This document shows positions 26,315-38,769 of a stretch of 64,000 nucleotides of DNA, in pieces. A program made the position numbers and the translations under genes. How positions within the stretch are numbered: the first letter of the stretch is position 1; each line of letters opens with the position of its first letter. The notes under the pieces were generated by a model. That model had not been told where the DNA came from, searched no databases, and saw nothing but the letters and a program-made list of their open reading frames with translations. Source of the DNA: Antedon mediterranea (taxonomy: Eukaryota; Animalia; Echinodermata); NCBI RefSeq assembly GCF_964355755.1, contig NC_092671.1, positions 25,246,070 to 25,310,069 on the forward strand, in the 5' to 3' direction.

Positions 26315-26592
26315 ATATTCAACCCACCGCGACGGGTCCGTTGGATATTGTCTCTGGCAAAGAGTCATCAACCTTTTCAATCCCTCGATGTATTTTCTTT
26401 GTGTTTCATCATTTAGCACATGAGCAACGTGTTGTGCGTAGATCTTTTCTCTTCCAGTACGGTCACCATAGTCACTCCTATTGGCCAAGGGGCATTGCCT
26501 ACTGCCATTTGGAGATAAGCATCATTTGCCTTCACATAGTGAATAAAAATCCAGCAATCAACTTTAAATGTTCCAAGATATCTGTTGCAACA
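26315..26592 (-). pseudogene. PRPF18: PRPF18 (pre-mRNA splicing factor 18) C-terminal fragment, intronless, frameshifted
   Basis: [25 protein letters not shown] / [49 protein letters not shown] in two frames; the conserved GIHA is deleted. Confidence 0.9.
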
Positions 26593-27179
26593 TGTAGCTT
26601 TTTTTGAGGACAACCTTTTAACAAAAGACGGCGGTATCACGCACCATGGTGAGGAGGTGACCACAGACGAAGACGTATCACCGTCGCTGGAAAACACTAT
26701 TATTGTCATGTGGCTCCAACTTATAAACCCGGGCTTGCCACAACTTGTCAAACAAAAGTATGGAGCAGAGCTACGTAACAAATCACTCGCCTCTCTTATA
26801 CCTGAAATCTCGCAAGCACTTTCTTCACTTCTGGATGAACTTCGCAATATTGACGACTACAAAGCATGTCGCACTGCTATTTTCAACAGACCGCACAGGC
26901 CACAATATAACAACTTGTCTAAACAAAAGCCACCAAACAAAACTTTCAATAAATCTTGCATTTTGTGCCTCTCTTCTGGACGACCACACACCTCACACTC
27001 ACTAATCTAGTGCAGATTTCTTCCAGCAGCTGATAGAAATAGTTTCGGCAATTCACGCTTCGTACATGCTGAAGACGACTATACTACAACCCCTGATGAA
27101 GAACTCTGTATCGAAGACCTCACTCAGAGTTCACATCATGATTTACCCATTGGCCTAATCGACAAACCAGCTTCAGCCA

Positions 27180-30100
27180 GTCGAGTCAAGGTAATTCAAT
27201 CACCATTCCTGAACACATACTATCAACATTTCCCAGTGAAGTTGACACTCGACACTGGTGCCACAACCAATCTTATTAAGGCATCGCTCGTCAGTTTTAT
27301 TAATATGCCTATGACACAGGCAACTCAGATTGCTCACCACGCTGATGGAGTAACACCTCTTAATGTTGTAGGTGAGGTCCCTTTTATGCTAACAGTAACA
27401 AGAGGCGAATACACATTTCAACTTGACGCGTTAGTCGTAAAACAGCTAGACGTTGATGTACTCGCAGGCAATCCATTCTTAGTCAGCAATGATATTGCCA
27501 CCCGCCCAGCTAAACGCCAAATTGTCATCAATGGCTCCACCATACTCAATTACGGCTCTCAACCAAATCCAACACCGTTGATCCAAAGAGTCCAGGCGTG
27601 CCTACTTCGGTGCCCAACACAAACTACATTACTACCAGGTGATTACCTACAACTCACAACCCCTGATAACTGTGATCCTGACTCACTACTCGCTCTTGAA
27701 CCAAGATATGACAGCAAAGTTAATCAACACTCTCAATCAGATAAAACCTGGCCAAATCCACAAGAAATACAATCAATCGGACATGCTATTCGAATCATCA
27801 ATAACACCAATGACCCTATTGAATTATCTCGTCATGATCATCTTTGCCAAGTCCGTCACATTTCTATGGTTACTAAAGTCGACACGCACGTACCTCATAT
27901 CCCTCGTACTTCCGAACCTGCTTGTCGACCTTTCTCATCAGATATACTCATTGATCCAGACAAACAACTCCCCCCAGAAACACGTGAACAACTTGTCTCT
28001 CTACACGCCCAGTATGCAACCACCTCAACGGAAAGGGAGATTGCCTCATTATAACTGCGACACATTATTAGAACTGCAAGCCAAATTTGACGACTTAGAA
28101 ACAGAAGGTGTTTTTGCCAAACCAGAACAAGTCAACACCACTGTTGAATATCTCAATTTATCCTTTCTCATAAAAAAACCAAATGGCGGCAGTCGTCTTG
28201 TAACCTCATTTGGGGAGGTTGCCCAATACAGTAAACCACAACCGTCTTTAATGCCAAACATCGACAACGTTCTGCGCGACATTACACGATGGAACTTTAT
28301 TATTACCACCGATCTCAATCAAGCATACTATCAAATTCCTTTGGCTTCACACTCCATGAAATATTGTGAAGTCACTACACCATTCAAAGGTATTAGAGTC
28401 TACACACGCTCAGCAATGGGTATGCCTGGTTCGGAGACATTCCTTGAAAAACTTATGTGCCGAGTACTGGGCGACTTAATTCAAGAAGGATGTGTCTCAA
28501 AAATCGCTGATGACTTATACATTGGAGGCAATACACCCCAAGATATTCTCTGAAATTGGCAACGAACACTCTCTGCCTTATCGAAAATAATCTACGCCTT
28601 TCGGCACGAAAGACACACGTCTGCCCTAAAACTACTACCATATTAGGGTGAATATGGTCAAATGGGACATTACGAGCCAGTCCACATAGGATTACAGCAC
28701 TTACTTCAGTTAAACCTCCAGCAACCATTAAAGGATTACGATCATTCGTCGGCGCATATAAGGTTTTAAGCCGAGTCCTCAAAGAATATGCTGCTCTCAT
28801 GGATCCACTTGACAAAGTCACTGCTGGTCAACAATCTCGCACCAAAATTAACTGGACTGAAAATCTGTTACATGCATTCAACACAGCTCAAAGTGCCCTT
28901 AGAGACAATAAAACCATTACCATCCCTAAAGCCCAGGACCAATTATGGATCGTCACTGATGGCTCAGTGAGAGAGAGGGGTATTGCCGCTACGCTCTATA
29001 TCTGCAGAAATGGCAAAGTCTTCTTTCCGGTTTTTTCAATGCAAAAGTTCGAAAACACCAGGTCAAATGGTTACCATGTGAGATAGAAGCATTATGTATT
29101 GGCTCAGCTGTCCAACATTTTGCACCCTATATCATACGGTCTTTTCATACCACTCAAGTACTCACCGATTAGTCCTTGCATCCAGGCCTATAACAAACTT
29201 CGTCGTGGTGAATTCTCTGCCAGCTCAAGAGTCACTACCTTCTTATCATTAATTAGTCGCTACATGGTTGATGTTACAACACATTTCCGGAATTGCTAGC
29301 CAGCCGCAACCCACCTGAATTCTCAGACCACTCATGCCAAATCTGCAAATTTATTGCAGATATTAAAGACTCCGTGGTACGGGCATTTACAGTCTCCAAC
29401 GTGGTTGAAGGAACTTCAAAAATGCCATTTACTAACCGTGCAGCTTGGCTAGCCACACAATTAGAATGTCATGATCTTAGACGCACTCATTCATACCTGA
29501 CACAAGGAACCCGTCCATCTAAGAAAATGGTTAAGATTTCTGATGTTAAGCGGTACCTAAGATTCGCCACGGTTGCTAGCGACGGCCTTCTTGTCGTAAT
29601 CGATAAACAGCCATTCCAACCTACTAGAGACCATATTGTAGTTCCCCATAATGTTATTGATGGCCTTCTTACCGCCGTTCATCTTCGTTTTCATCACCCA
29701 TCCAAACATCAAATGAAACGTCTTGTTGGCAGATACTTTTTTTCTTTGGAGTTAGACAATGCCATTGACATCACTTGCTCTTACATTCTTATACCAAATT
29801 CTTTATGGTTTAAGAGATAATTGGGATCAAAGTTGTAAAATGGCAGCCATTTTGATTTTATGCAAATTAGGTAATTTATAATGGGCAGATCAGGGTAGAT
29901 TTTGGATATGATAATATCTACATATAGTTGAGCATGTTTCAGCAAAAAAACAAACTGTTGCAATTTGTTTGACTGAAAAGTCTATTTCCACTCATCTAAT
30001 AGTCTTAAACCTCAGTCAACATCACCTCCGTCATATCGTATTGCTCAATAATTTGCAGCAGACGTTATGCGCCGATATCGCCAGTTTGTGTTCGTTATCC

Positions 30101-30950
30101 GTATCTCTCTTGACTTCGGAAACTCGCGATCAACTACGTACAGCCATTGTTACTCTTTGCGCTGAACTAAGACCAATTGGAGACGATAATCTCACTATTC
30201 GTGTCGACAACGCACCAGGTTTCCTTGGATTGGACCAAGATCCCACTTTAAGAGAACTGGGTATTAAGATTGAATTTGGTAGGATTAAAAACATTAACAA
30301 AAATCCAGTTGCAGAAAACGCAATCAAAGAACTCGGTCTGGAATGTCTTAATGTTAATCCTGTCACTCTCGCGATCGCAACTGCTAATTTGAATTTCCAG
30401 AATTAGACAGGGTGGCCTATCTGCACAAGAAATCTGGACTCAGCGGGACCAAATTACTGGACAACAATTGCCTATCGAAGATCGACAGCTCATCCAAGAA
30501 AGACATTTTTTCTCCGTTCAAAATCATGCTGCTAGCTCCAAGTCTAAAGCCCATGGTTCATCCACTCCTGCTTCTACAAATGGGTCTATCAATCTTGGTG
30601 ATTTGGTATTCTTGTATGGAGACCGGGACAAAACCAAACCTCGTGATAAGTATATGGTGGTAGAAATCTCGGACGACCGCTGTCAACTTCGTAAATTTAC
30701 TAAGTCACAGTTCCGTTCCAAGTCATACGATGTCCGAATCTCAGATTGCTATCGTGTACAACCAACATTGTTGTTGCATTCACCGAAAGATCTTATTCGA
30801 GGTTTACCTAACGATCCAGACTCTGATTCCGACTTGCACGTTGACAACACCACTCCACCAGTAACTATAACTTCACCACCTGTCGAATTATCTTCTGAAA
30901 CTTACACTTTTAATGGCAGTCCTCAACATCGTTCTACTAGAAACAGCCGC
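27180..30950 (+). pseudogene. pol (protease, RT, RNase H, integrase), frameshifted
   Basis: LDTGA protease; [27 protein letters not shown]; RNase H VTDGS; integrase H..FHH, VDNAPGF, KNPVAE..IKE. Confidence 0.9.
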
Positions 30951-31049
30951 CTAGATGGCAAAACACTGGAGAATGGGTATTTCACCCTTAGACTTTGCAT
31001 TTGTTTTTACAATTGGACTTTGATTTGTTTTTCCTTTATTCTGTTTTTT

Positions 31050-31071
31050 AAAGAAAGGTGGAAGGAAGAGG
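31050..31071 (+). other. Polypurine tract
   Basis: aaagaaaggtggaaggaagagg directly before the TG of the 3' LTR. Confidence 0.8.
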
Positions 31072-31264
31072 TGTTGCGCCATCACTCACGTCCCCGTGAG
31101 TTATCGTTGTTACTGTGTGCCACCTTGCGCCCTATCGAGGGACATTGTTCACATATAGAGTTAGTTTGTTCGTGTTACATTATATATTGTGTCGGTTGAT
31201 ATTATATTCGTTTATACATTAAAGTGTTCATCCAGATAAAGTTTATGAGTCTTTATTGCCGACG
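31072..31264 (+). repeat. 3' LTR
   Basis: Begins TGTTGCGCC after the PPT; ends ...ttgccgacg (canonical CA end not seen). Confidence 0.85.
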
Positions 31265-32584
31265 GAAATATTTCGCATGTCCTACTCAACGAAATCGACA
31301 GTGAGGCCAAAATAATATCCGTTGGCATGACAATAAGAGCCAAGTATGTTCGCAAGCTCTACAAGGCAGAAGTAATTTAGGGTATGTTTTTTTTTTTAAC
31401 AAATTAGTTTTTTAATAGGGCAATAATATTTAAAGCTATTTTCACCACCAATAAATATATAGGGCCCACTCTTTTCTGCTTTCCTCTATAGCTTTTGTAT
31501 ATATCGTGATAAGTGAAAAATGATGTGCAGGCCTAATGATTTTAACTTCTGTTTGTTTTTATAGTGTGCGAACCCGAAAAGGAAGATGAGGAAGGCCATG
31601 TAGATGGAAATAAAGCGACAACCAATGATGAGGTGGAAACAGCTAGACACAGAGAAGTAGCGGTAACGGATGATGGTATGAGTGTATTACAGGGTAACAG
31701 GTATGCTTATACCCAAATACTTGAATGATTTATCTGCTGAATCTGACTTGAATCTGAGAAACCTTGTGGGATCCATTAAAGTAAAAGCTGGAATGATAAG
31801 TGACCATGCTATAAATAGATGAGTCACCTCATCCAAGTGGCGGGAAAATGGTCATGAATATTTAATGTATAATGTTTCAGTATGGGTCAGTTCATAAATG
31901 GACAAGGGATTTTGTCAATTGATTTGCATTTTTAATAGTTTCTTTTTTTGTATAACCTAATTTTAAATTGATAATTACATGTGTATGGCTTGAGTTACAG
32001 TAATCGCTCTGTAAACTACAAACTAATGTTATGGTAAATGTATATACCATCGGTTAAAAATTGTCATAGTACCTATCTGGGAATGGATGACACTTAGTGC
32101 CTAGCCCAAAGTGAAGGTTTTCATCTCCTTCCGACTGGTTACTAGGTAAGCATTGATATTTTTATCTCTCTTAATTTTAGAATTGTTTTACTTTAGTTAA
32201 TATAGTTGATTAGTTATTTGATTGTTATACTAGACACAATGCAATAGTATCCTATAGTATAATGTCGTAAATGATACGATCGATCGATTACTGATATGTT
32301 ATTTTAAATAGTAATACTGTTTTTGTTATCTCCTTCCGACTGGTTACTAGCTTCAATAAAAGAATTTAGCTTTTCCAAACCAAGAACTGTCTCTGTGGAT
32401 GATTTTATTGTGTTTGTGCCAGTGCTGCAGCTCCGGAAAATACTACGCGATACAGCTACGACGCTAGTAGTACGAACCTGTTACATTTTGTGCCGTGACC
32501 AGGATTTGCTGTTCAGCCAGGAAGGGATCACTCTCAAGAAAGACTACGATAAGTGCTGATTAGTCTTTTCTTAAGTTTTAACCA

Positions 32585-33800
32585 AAAGTTATATTAAATT
32601 AATAATTAAATTTATTTGGAGCGGGAAGCCTGATAGAGTAAGTAGAGAGACTATGTATAACGATAAAGATAATGGAGGTTTAAAAATGACAAATATTTTT
32701 AAATTTAATGAAGCCCTAAAAATAACTTGGGTTAAAAGATTTTTAGACACAACCACGAACGGAAAATGGAAACAATTATTTAGGAAACAAATTTTGAGCA
32801 TCGGTGGGGAATGGATCTGGCTTTGTAAACCAAAACAAGGGATAGGAATTAATTATGAAAAGCTTGGTAACTCCTTTTTACAAGATGTTTTAATAGCCTG
32901 GTTTAAACTAAGAAATGATTATGGTGACGATGTATCTGATGAGGTATTGTGGTACAATCAAAACATTAAAATTAATAAGAAAACTATAATTTATAGATCA
33001 TGGAGCTTAAAAGGTGTAAATTATATTTCAGATGTAAGGCTTAACAACCAACGCTTTATGACATATACTGAATTTAAAAATACCTATGCTATAAATTGCA
33101 ACTTCATTCTTTTTTTTGGTTTAGTTAATGTTATCTCTCAAAATTACCGAGAAAAATTAGCTAATCCCAACCCTACAAGAAAATCGCCAGTTTTATTACA
33201 ATTAATGGAAGTTAAAAAAAAAACAACCACCTTTGTGTACAATTTGCTCAATAATATATTTAAGACAACCCCAAAGGCTTATAGAAAATGGAGTAATGAA
33301 TTTAACCAAGAGCCTAATCTTGTTAAGGTTAATTGGAATTTAATTTATAGGATGCCTTATGAATGTACTCTTGATACCAAAACACAGTACCTGCAATTCA
33401 GATTTATACATAGAATTCTTCCTACAAATGAGTTATTGCACAAAATTGGCCTGATTCAAGATAATAAATGTTCTCTTTGTAGTAAGGAAAAAGAAACAGT
33501 AATGCATCTAATGTGGTCTTGCGAGAAAACTTCTATTTGTGGTAAGGAAAAAAAACCAAAAAAAACAGTAGAATTTCTAATACGGTCTTGTGAGAAAACT
33601 TCTAAATTGTGGGATGATGTGTTTTATTGGTTCAGGAAATTAGACATCACTATTAGATTAAATTATACAGACATATGTTTTGGTATTTTTTTAAATATAA
33701 ATATTCAACTTTTGTTAATATGATTTTATTTCTTGCTAAGAGATATACAGTATATATAAATGCAAGATAAATGAAATTCCTCTTAACTTCATTCACTTTA
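32585..33800 (+). mobile_element. 5'-truncated L1/Tx1-clade LINE (ORF2 C-terminus with zf-RVT)
   Basis: FIWSGKPDRV...GGLKM...FQFRFIHRILPTN-like...CSLC..ETVMHLMWSC (ORF 32653-33723). Confidence 0.85.
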
Positions 33801-33804
33801 AAAG

Positions 33805-34125
33805 ATTGATTGAATTGATTGAATTTATTTGATGCTCAACATTAAAATAACAAACAGACAAAAGACAAAATAACGAGCATCAGGAACACCCATTAGGCCG
33901 GAAAAACCAGCCCATTTCCAATGGGGTCCAAATTGCACATAACAAACAAGAGAAAATACAACATTAATAAAACTATAAATATATAAATATACATTAAAAT
34001 AAAGCCCAGTAAAACAGAAAAATTAAAATGAGAAAAATTGCACGTAATCAAGACCATTATAGTTATCAAAATTATTCTAAATATAAAATATTGCGTTCAA
34101 AATGTTTTAAATATTGCGTTCAAAA
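33805..34125 (-). mobile_element. 3' end of a CR1/L2-type LINE or SINE inserted antisense into the Tx1 element
   Basis: Plus strand ttgattgaattgattgaatttatt, i.e. AATAAA plus a short-repeat tail on minus; Tx1 sequence resumes at ~34134. Confidence 0.5.
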
Positions 34126-34552
34126 TGTTTTAATGATGGGTACTCTTTACAGAAACTGTGGAGAATAATATCGCAAAAATTAAAAATAAATATAATGTCC
34201 ATATTAAAAAATAGGAACCATTATTAGAAAGAGATAACGACAATTGAATGAAATACACCCATAAGCAACTGAAATAATTCATTATAACGCCTTAGTAAAT
34301 TTGACAATTTATTTCTCTTATATGGTTTTGGTGAATTTTGGATATGGGAAAAAGAATTTGACTTTGTAAACCAAATCAAGGTATAGGAGTTGATAATGCA
34401 AAACTTTGTAACTATTATTGTTAATATGTTATAATAGCCTGGTTTAAACCAAGAAATGATTATGATGAGGTATGGTGATTTAATCAAATATTATAATGTG
34501 ACGTCCTCACACATCTTTGATTTTCTTTCTTCTTTTCTAATCTTTTTAATGT

Positions 34553-35035
34553 TGATTGGAGTTTAATTTATAGGATGCCTTAATACGAATGTACTCCTGA
34601 CACTAAAACACGATTCCTGCAGTTCAGATTTAAACATATAATTCTTCCCACAAATAAGTTACCGCACAGAATTGGCCTGGTTCAAGATGATAAATATTCT
34701 ATTTGTAGTAAGGAAAAAAAAACCAGTAGAATATCTAATATGGTCCTGCGAGAAAACTTCTAAATTGTGGGACGACGTGTTTTATTGGTTCAGGAAATTA
34801 GACATCCGTTTTAAAATAGATTATATAGACATATGCTTTGGTATTTTTTTAATACAAATTTACAATTTTATTAACATGTTTTTCTTTTTAATTTCTTACT
34901 AAGAGATATATATATATAAATGCAAGATTTATAAAAGTCCTCTTAACTTCAATCACGTTAAGGACTGGGTACTTTTTACAGAAACTGTGGAGAATGATAT
35001 TGCAAAAAATTGAAATAAGTATAATGTCCATATCA
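34553..35035 (+). mobile_element. Second, diverged partial copy of the Tx1-like 3' region
   Basis: Matches ~33340-33800 plus ~34134-34205 (WSCEKTSKLWDDVFYWFRKLDI). Confidence 0.8.
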
Positions 35036-35833
35036 AAAACGTATTGTAAACTAAATTAAGGAATAAGAGTTGAAAATGCAAAACTTGGTAATCATTATTG
35101 ACAAGGGGTTATTATAGCCTGGTTTAACTTAAGAAATGATTATGATGAGGTATTTGTGGTATATCAAACATTGAAAGAGATTATGAAAAAAGAGAATGAC
35201 GATTGAGATAATGTGACGTCCTCAAACGTCTTTGGTTTTCTTTTTTGTTTCGTTCTGTTGAGTATAATGTTTTTGATAAAAGGAGAAAATAAAAGTTATA
35301 AAAAAAAAAAAAAAAGTTATATTAACTTATGTACTGTATAATTTTAATACTACAATTGCTATACTAGTTGACCTTGATAACATTTGATAAGTGGTATTGC
35401 ACTTGTATAGCAATTATTGTTTAACGAAGACTACATGATCTGTTTTTCTTTTTGTAAATATTTTTTTAACAAATTTACATCACTGTCAGTGATTGAACTA
35501 TTTGTGTTTCTACTAGAAACAGTTTATTGGTTATTTTCTACAGTACACTGTACATCCAAGCTACAAGAATCGAGGTCAATGAAATTATAGTGTTACTGTA
35601 CACAGTTCACCTGTTTAATTACTTTTGTTTTAATACTATTCACCTGTGGAGATTGTCCTATTGAACATTATATATCTGCTAATATTATAAACTATGTTAT
35701 TGTGCTTATATTTTTCCATTAATTACGAAAAATATTAATTGTGAATATTAATTCGTGTTCTTATCTGAATATCATTTTAAATTATCATTAATTAAACTTA
35801 CAATTTCTTTTTACACTTTGAAATATTGTTATA

Positions 35834-37145
35834 ATGGATAGTGCTCCAAATACACCACAGAGAGGCCGAGGTCGTGGTAGAGGGATGATTAGGCGCCCAC
35901 AATCAGCACCTATAAAATTGCCACCAACAATAGAGGTGGGATCCTTTAACCCAGTTGTGCCTGTTACCCCAGTAGAACAAAGGGTGATTATACGACAAGA
36001 AATAAAACAACCTGCAATATTTCGGGGTGAACACACTGACAAATTGTCCTTTAACGATTGGGAGGATCAGACGCGATCTTACTTAAAGAAGAAAGGGATT
36101 CATAGAAGTGAGCAATCAGATGAGATTCTGACCTTCCTATTAGGCAAAGCCAAAGCAATCGTAAAAGTTGGGCTTAGATCAAAAACTCTCAGCGCAGCGA
36201 ATGATCCTGATGTATTGTTTGATATACTCCGACAGAACTTTAGCGAAGATGATTTCTCAGATACTCCTTTAGCTGAATTTTATGGATGCCGACCCTATGT
36301 GGGTGAATCAGCATTAGATTTTTGAGCCAGGCTAAACAGGCTCATCATCCATGCCAATGAAGTTCTAAGGCAGAATGGAGGTAGCATGGTTGATGAAGAA
36401 ATGGAGCTTATCAGCCAGTTCATTCGACAATGTCCTGATAAAGATCGTTGCGACCTACTTAGAACAAAACAAATCCGACGGTGGGTCATTGACGAAGTTC
36501 AAGAGCTTATTGAAACGCACCACAGAGACGAGGTTGAGCTTTAGGCAAAAATCTACACATCACTTGACAACCAGAGCGAGCGAGGTGCATCAAAATACGG
36601 CTATAGACGCCACTAAACAAGACGTAATTCTCGACCGATTGGTGACAGTGTTGGAACAACTAACAACACAACAACCACAGCAGTATCACCAACAATACCA
36701 CCAGGATGGGCCAAACCAAATTGTATGCAAGGTGTGTGGTGATGGCCAACATAACACCCGGTCGCATTGTATGCAAAATAAACTATGTTTTTGCCGCTTT
36801 CAAGAAGGGCACCTTGGACGCAACTGTCCAACTAAAACGGAAAAATCGGAAAACTAATAAGTTCGCGCCCACAGGAGCAAGGTGTGGACAAATCAGCGAA
36901 TGCTCCAACGATCCAATTGACTCAGAATGTGCCACGCAACTCAGGCCTCTTCTTTACAAACGTTACCGTATTTGATTCCCATGTAGTTAGCGGTATGCTG
37001 GACACTGGCTCGCCTGGGTGTACTATTAGTGACCTTGCAGTCAGTTCACTAAAACGGAAGAAACTAATCAAGTTAAAAGATTGCGAAGCAGTAGATGTTA
37101 CAATCATTGGATGTGGAGGATCCAAAACACAATGTAAATATGTCA
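35834..37145 (+). pseudogene. Second Gypsy element: gag and protease
   Basis: PAIFRGE...DWE...LLGKAKAIVK capsid; CKVC..H...HC and C..C...GH..RNCP-like knuckles; MLDTGS protease. Confidence 0.8.
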
Positions 37146-37399
37146 CGGCAACATTGCCAGTGGTGTTTGGTGTGTTGTGGAGGGTGGACTCAAGACAAGA
37201 ATAATATACATATAAAACACACGAGGAAAACAGGACCGCCGCCATGTAATACAACTTGTTCTTTTCCAATACTTTCCGGAAGGTTTTCAGGCTCAGCCAA
37301 GCTAACACAATTCATTGACACTAGTGATTGGGCTCATCAAGCTAGGCTTTTGTTGTACATTGCAGCCCTTTGTTATAACATTACTCAGACCAAGCAGCT

Positions 37400-38551
37400 A
37401 TGGCTCACCAAGCTAGCCCACATAAGGATATGAATTCGCCACCTAAGTCTAGAAAAGATCAGTTGTCGCATAAGCCTACTTCTCCACCTCATGAACGTAG
37501 GTCTTCTACTAGGAGTTCACAAAATGTCACTACGTCAACAATTAAGTGCATAGTAGGATGTAAACTTAGCTTTAATGCGAGCAATGAGAAGACGATGGAA
37601 TGTTCTTTATGTAATGAACAGTATCATTGAGTATGCTTAAACCAGAAGCCCCAGTCTAACCCCAAAGTATGGTTTTGTGTTGACTGCCAGGCCCTACCAA
37701 GATTAGTAAAGGAGCTCACTCGCCAAAACAATCAGCAACAAGCTACATTATCTAAGATGGCCGAAGACTTCACAGTGATTCTGAAACAACTAAATGATCA
37801 AAAATCATTAATCACAGAGCTGCAAAAGAAAGAAAATCAACAAGTACCTCAACCACCTAATGAAACTAAAGCTGTCAACAAGAAATGCCTTCTAATCGGG
37901 GACTCGATGATACGGGATATTAGTGAAAGAGGTCTTGCAAACACGCAAGTTACTTCCTGTCGTGGTGCTAAAGTGAGTGATATTAAGAGCAATCTTGATA
38001 AGCCTGAATTATTTGATACCATCATTGTACACATTGGTACCAACAATTGCACGACGGAAGATCTACACCAAGGGATAAGCGATTATGAACAGATGATCAA
38101 TGACGTCAAATCAAAATCACCAACAACAAATGTGATTTTGTCCACCACATGCCCTCGTACCGATAAACTGGAACACCAGGAGAGAGTTGTTCGAATGAAC
38201 AATAGCATTAAGGAAATTGCAACGAAAACAAATGTTCAAGTAATTGATAATGATGAGACCTTCTTGCTGAGAAATAGATCTGCTGCTCAATGGAACTTAA
38301 ATGGTGGTGGATTACACCTATTGAGATCTGGAACAAGACTACTCCTCAGCAACATGAACGCCACCCATCCCATCATAAAACCAGCGTCTGCCAGATCAAA
38401 TATCAAACAGTCACGAGGCCACTATGAACGTCATAACAATGCTCGTCACCATCGACACTTTGAACACCAGCAAAACCCTCGTTTCAACAACAACAACAGA
38501 CACGACTATGGCTTACAGGACTACAGCCCTGCCCAGGATCGTCAAGCATAG
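37400..38551 (+). pseudogene. LINE ORF1: PHD finger, coiled coil, SGNH/GDSL esterase (one stop at 37628)
   Basis: C..GC...MECSLCNEQYH*VC...WFCVDC; LIGDSMIR, RGA, HIGTNN, GLHL. Confidence 0.8.
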
Positions 38552-38769
38552 GGACGTGCAAGCAACAATACAGCGGGAATAACTATAAAAAACAGTTTTG
38601 GGGGACTTACAGATGAACTTAATAATTCAATAACTGATTTACAGATAGAAACTGATACAATAAACTCTGATTATAGCTCAAATAATGCAAGTGATTCTAA
38701 AAGAAGAAAACACAGACGACGTGGAAAGAAATATGGTAGATCAAAAACAAGCAAGTGTAGTACAGTAAT

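Larger units (their letters stand above)
25300..27010 (+). pseudogene. gag, interrupted by an 816-bp insert (25777-26592)
   Basis: ORF 25300 ([19 protein letters not shown]...) runs to [10 protein letters not shown] and resumes [14 protein letters not shown] at 26594; C-terminal CILC..SGRPH..H zinc-knuckle-like motif. Confidence 0.8.
24868..31264 (+). mobile_element. Gypsy-superfamily LTR retrotransposon, near full length, decayed
   Basis: Paired ~190-bp LTRs, PBS, PPT, and gag-PR-RT-RH-INT order. No clear TSD. Confidence 0.9.

Noticed and set aside
26210-26488. Functional PRPF18 gene or a histone gene
   Set aside because: Only the C-terminal part of PRPF18 is present, with frameshifting deletions including the conserved GIHA loop; there is no histone ORF.
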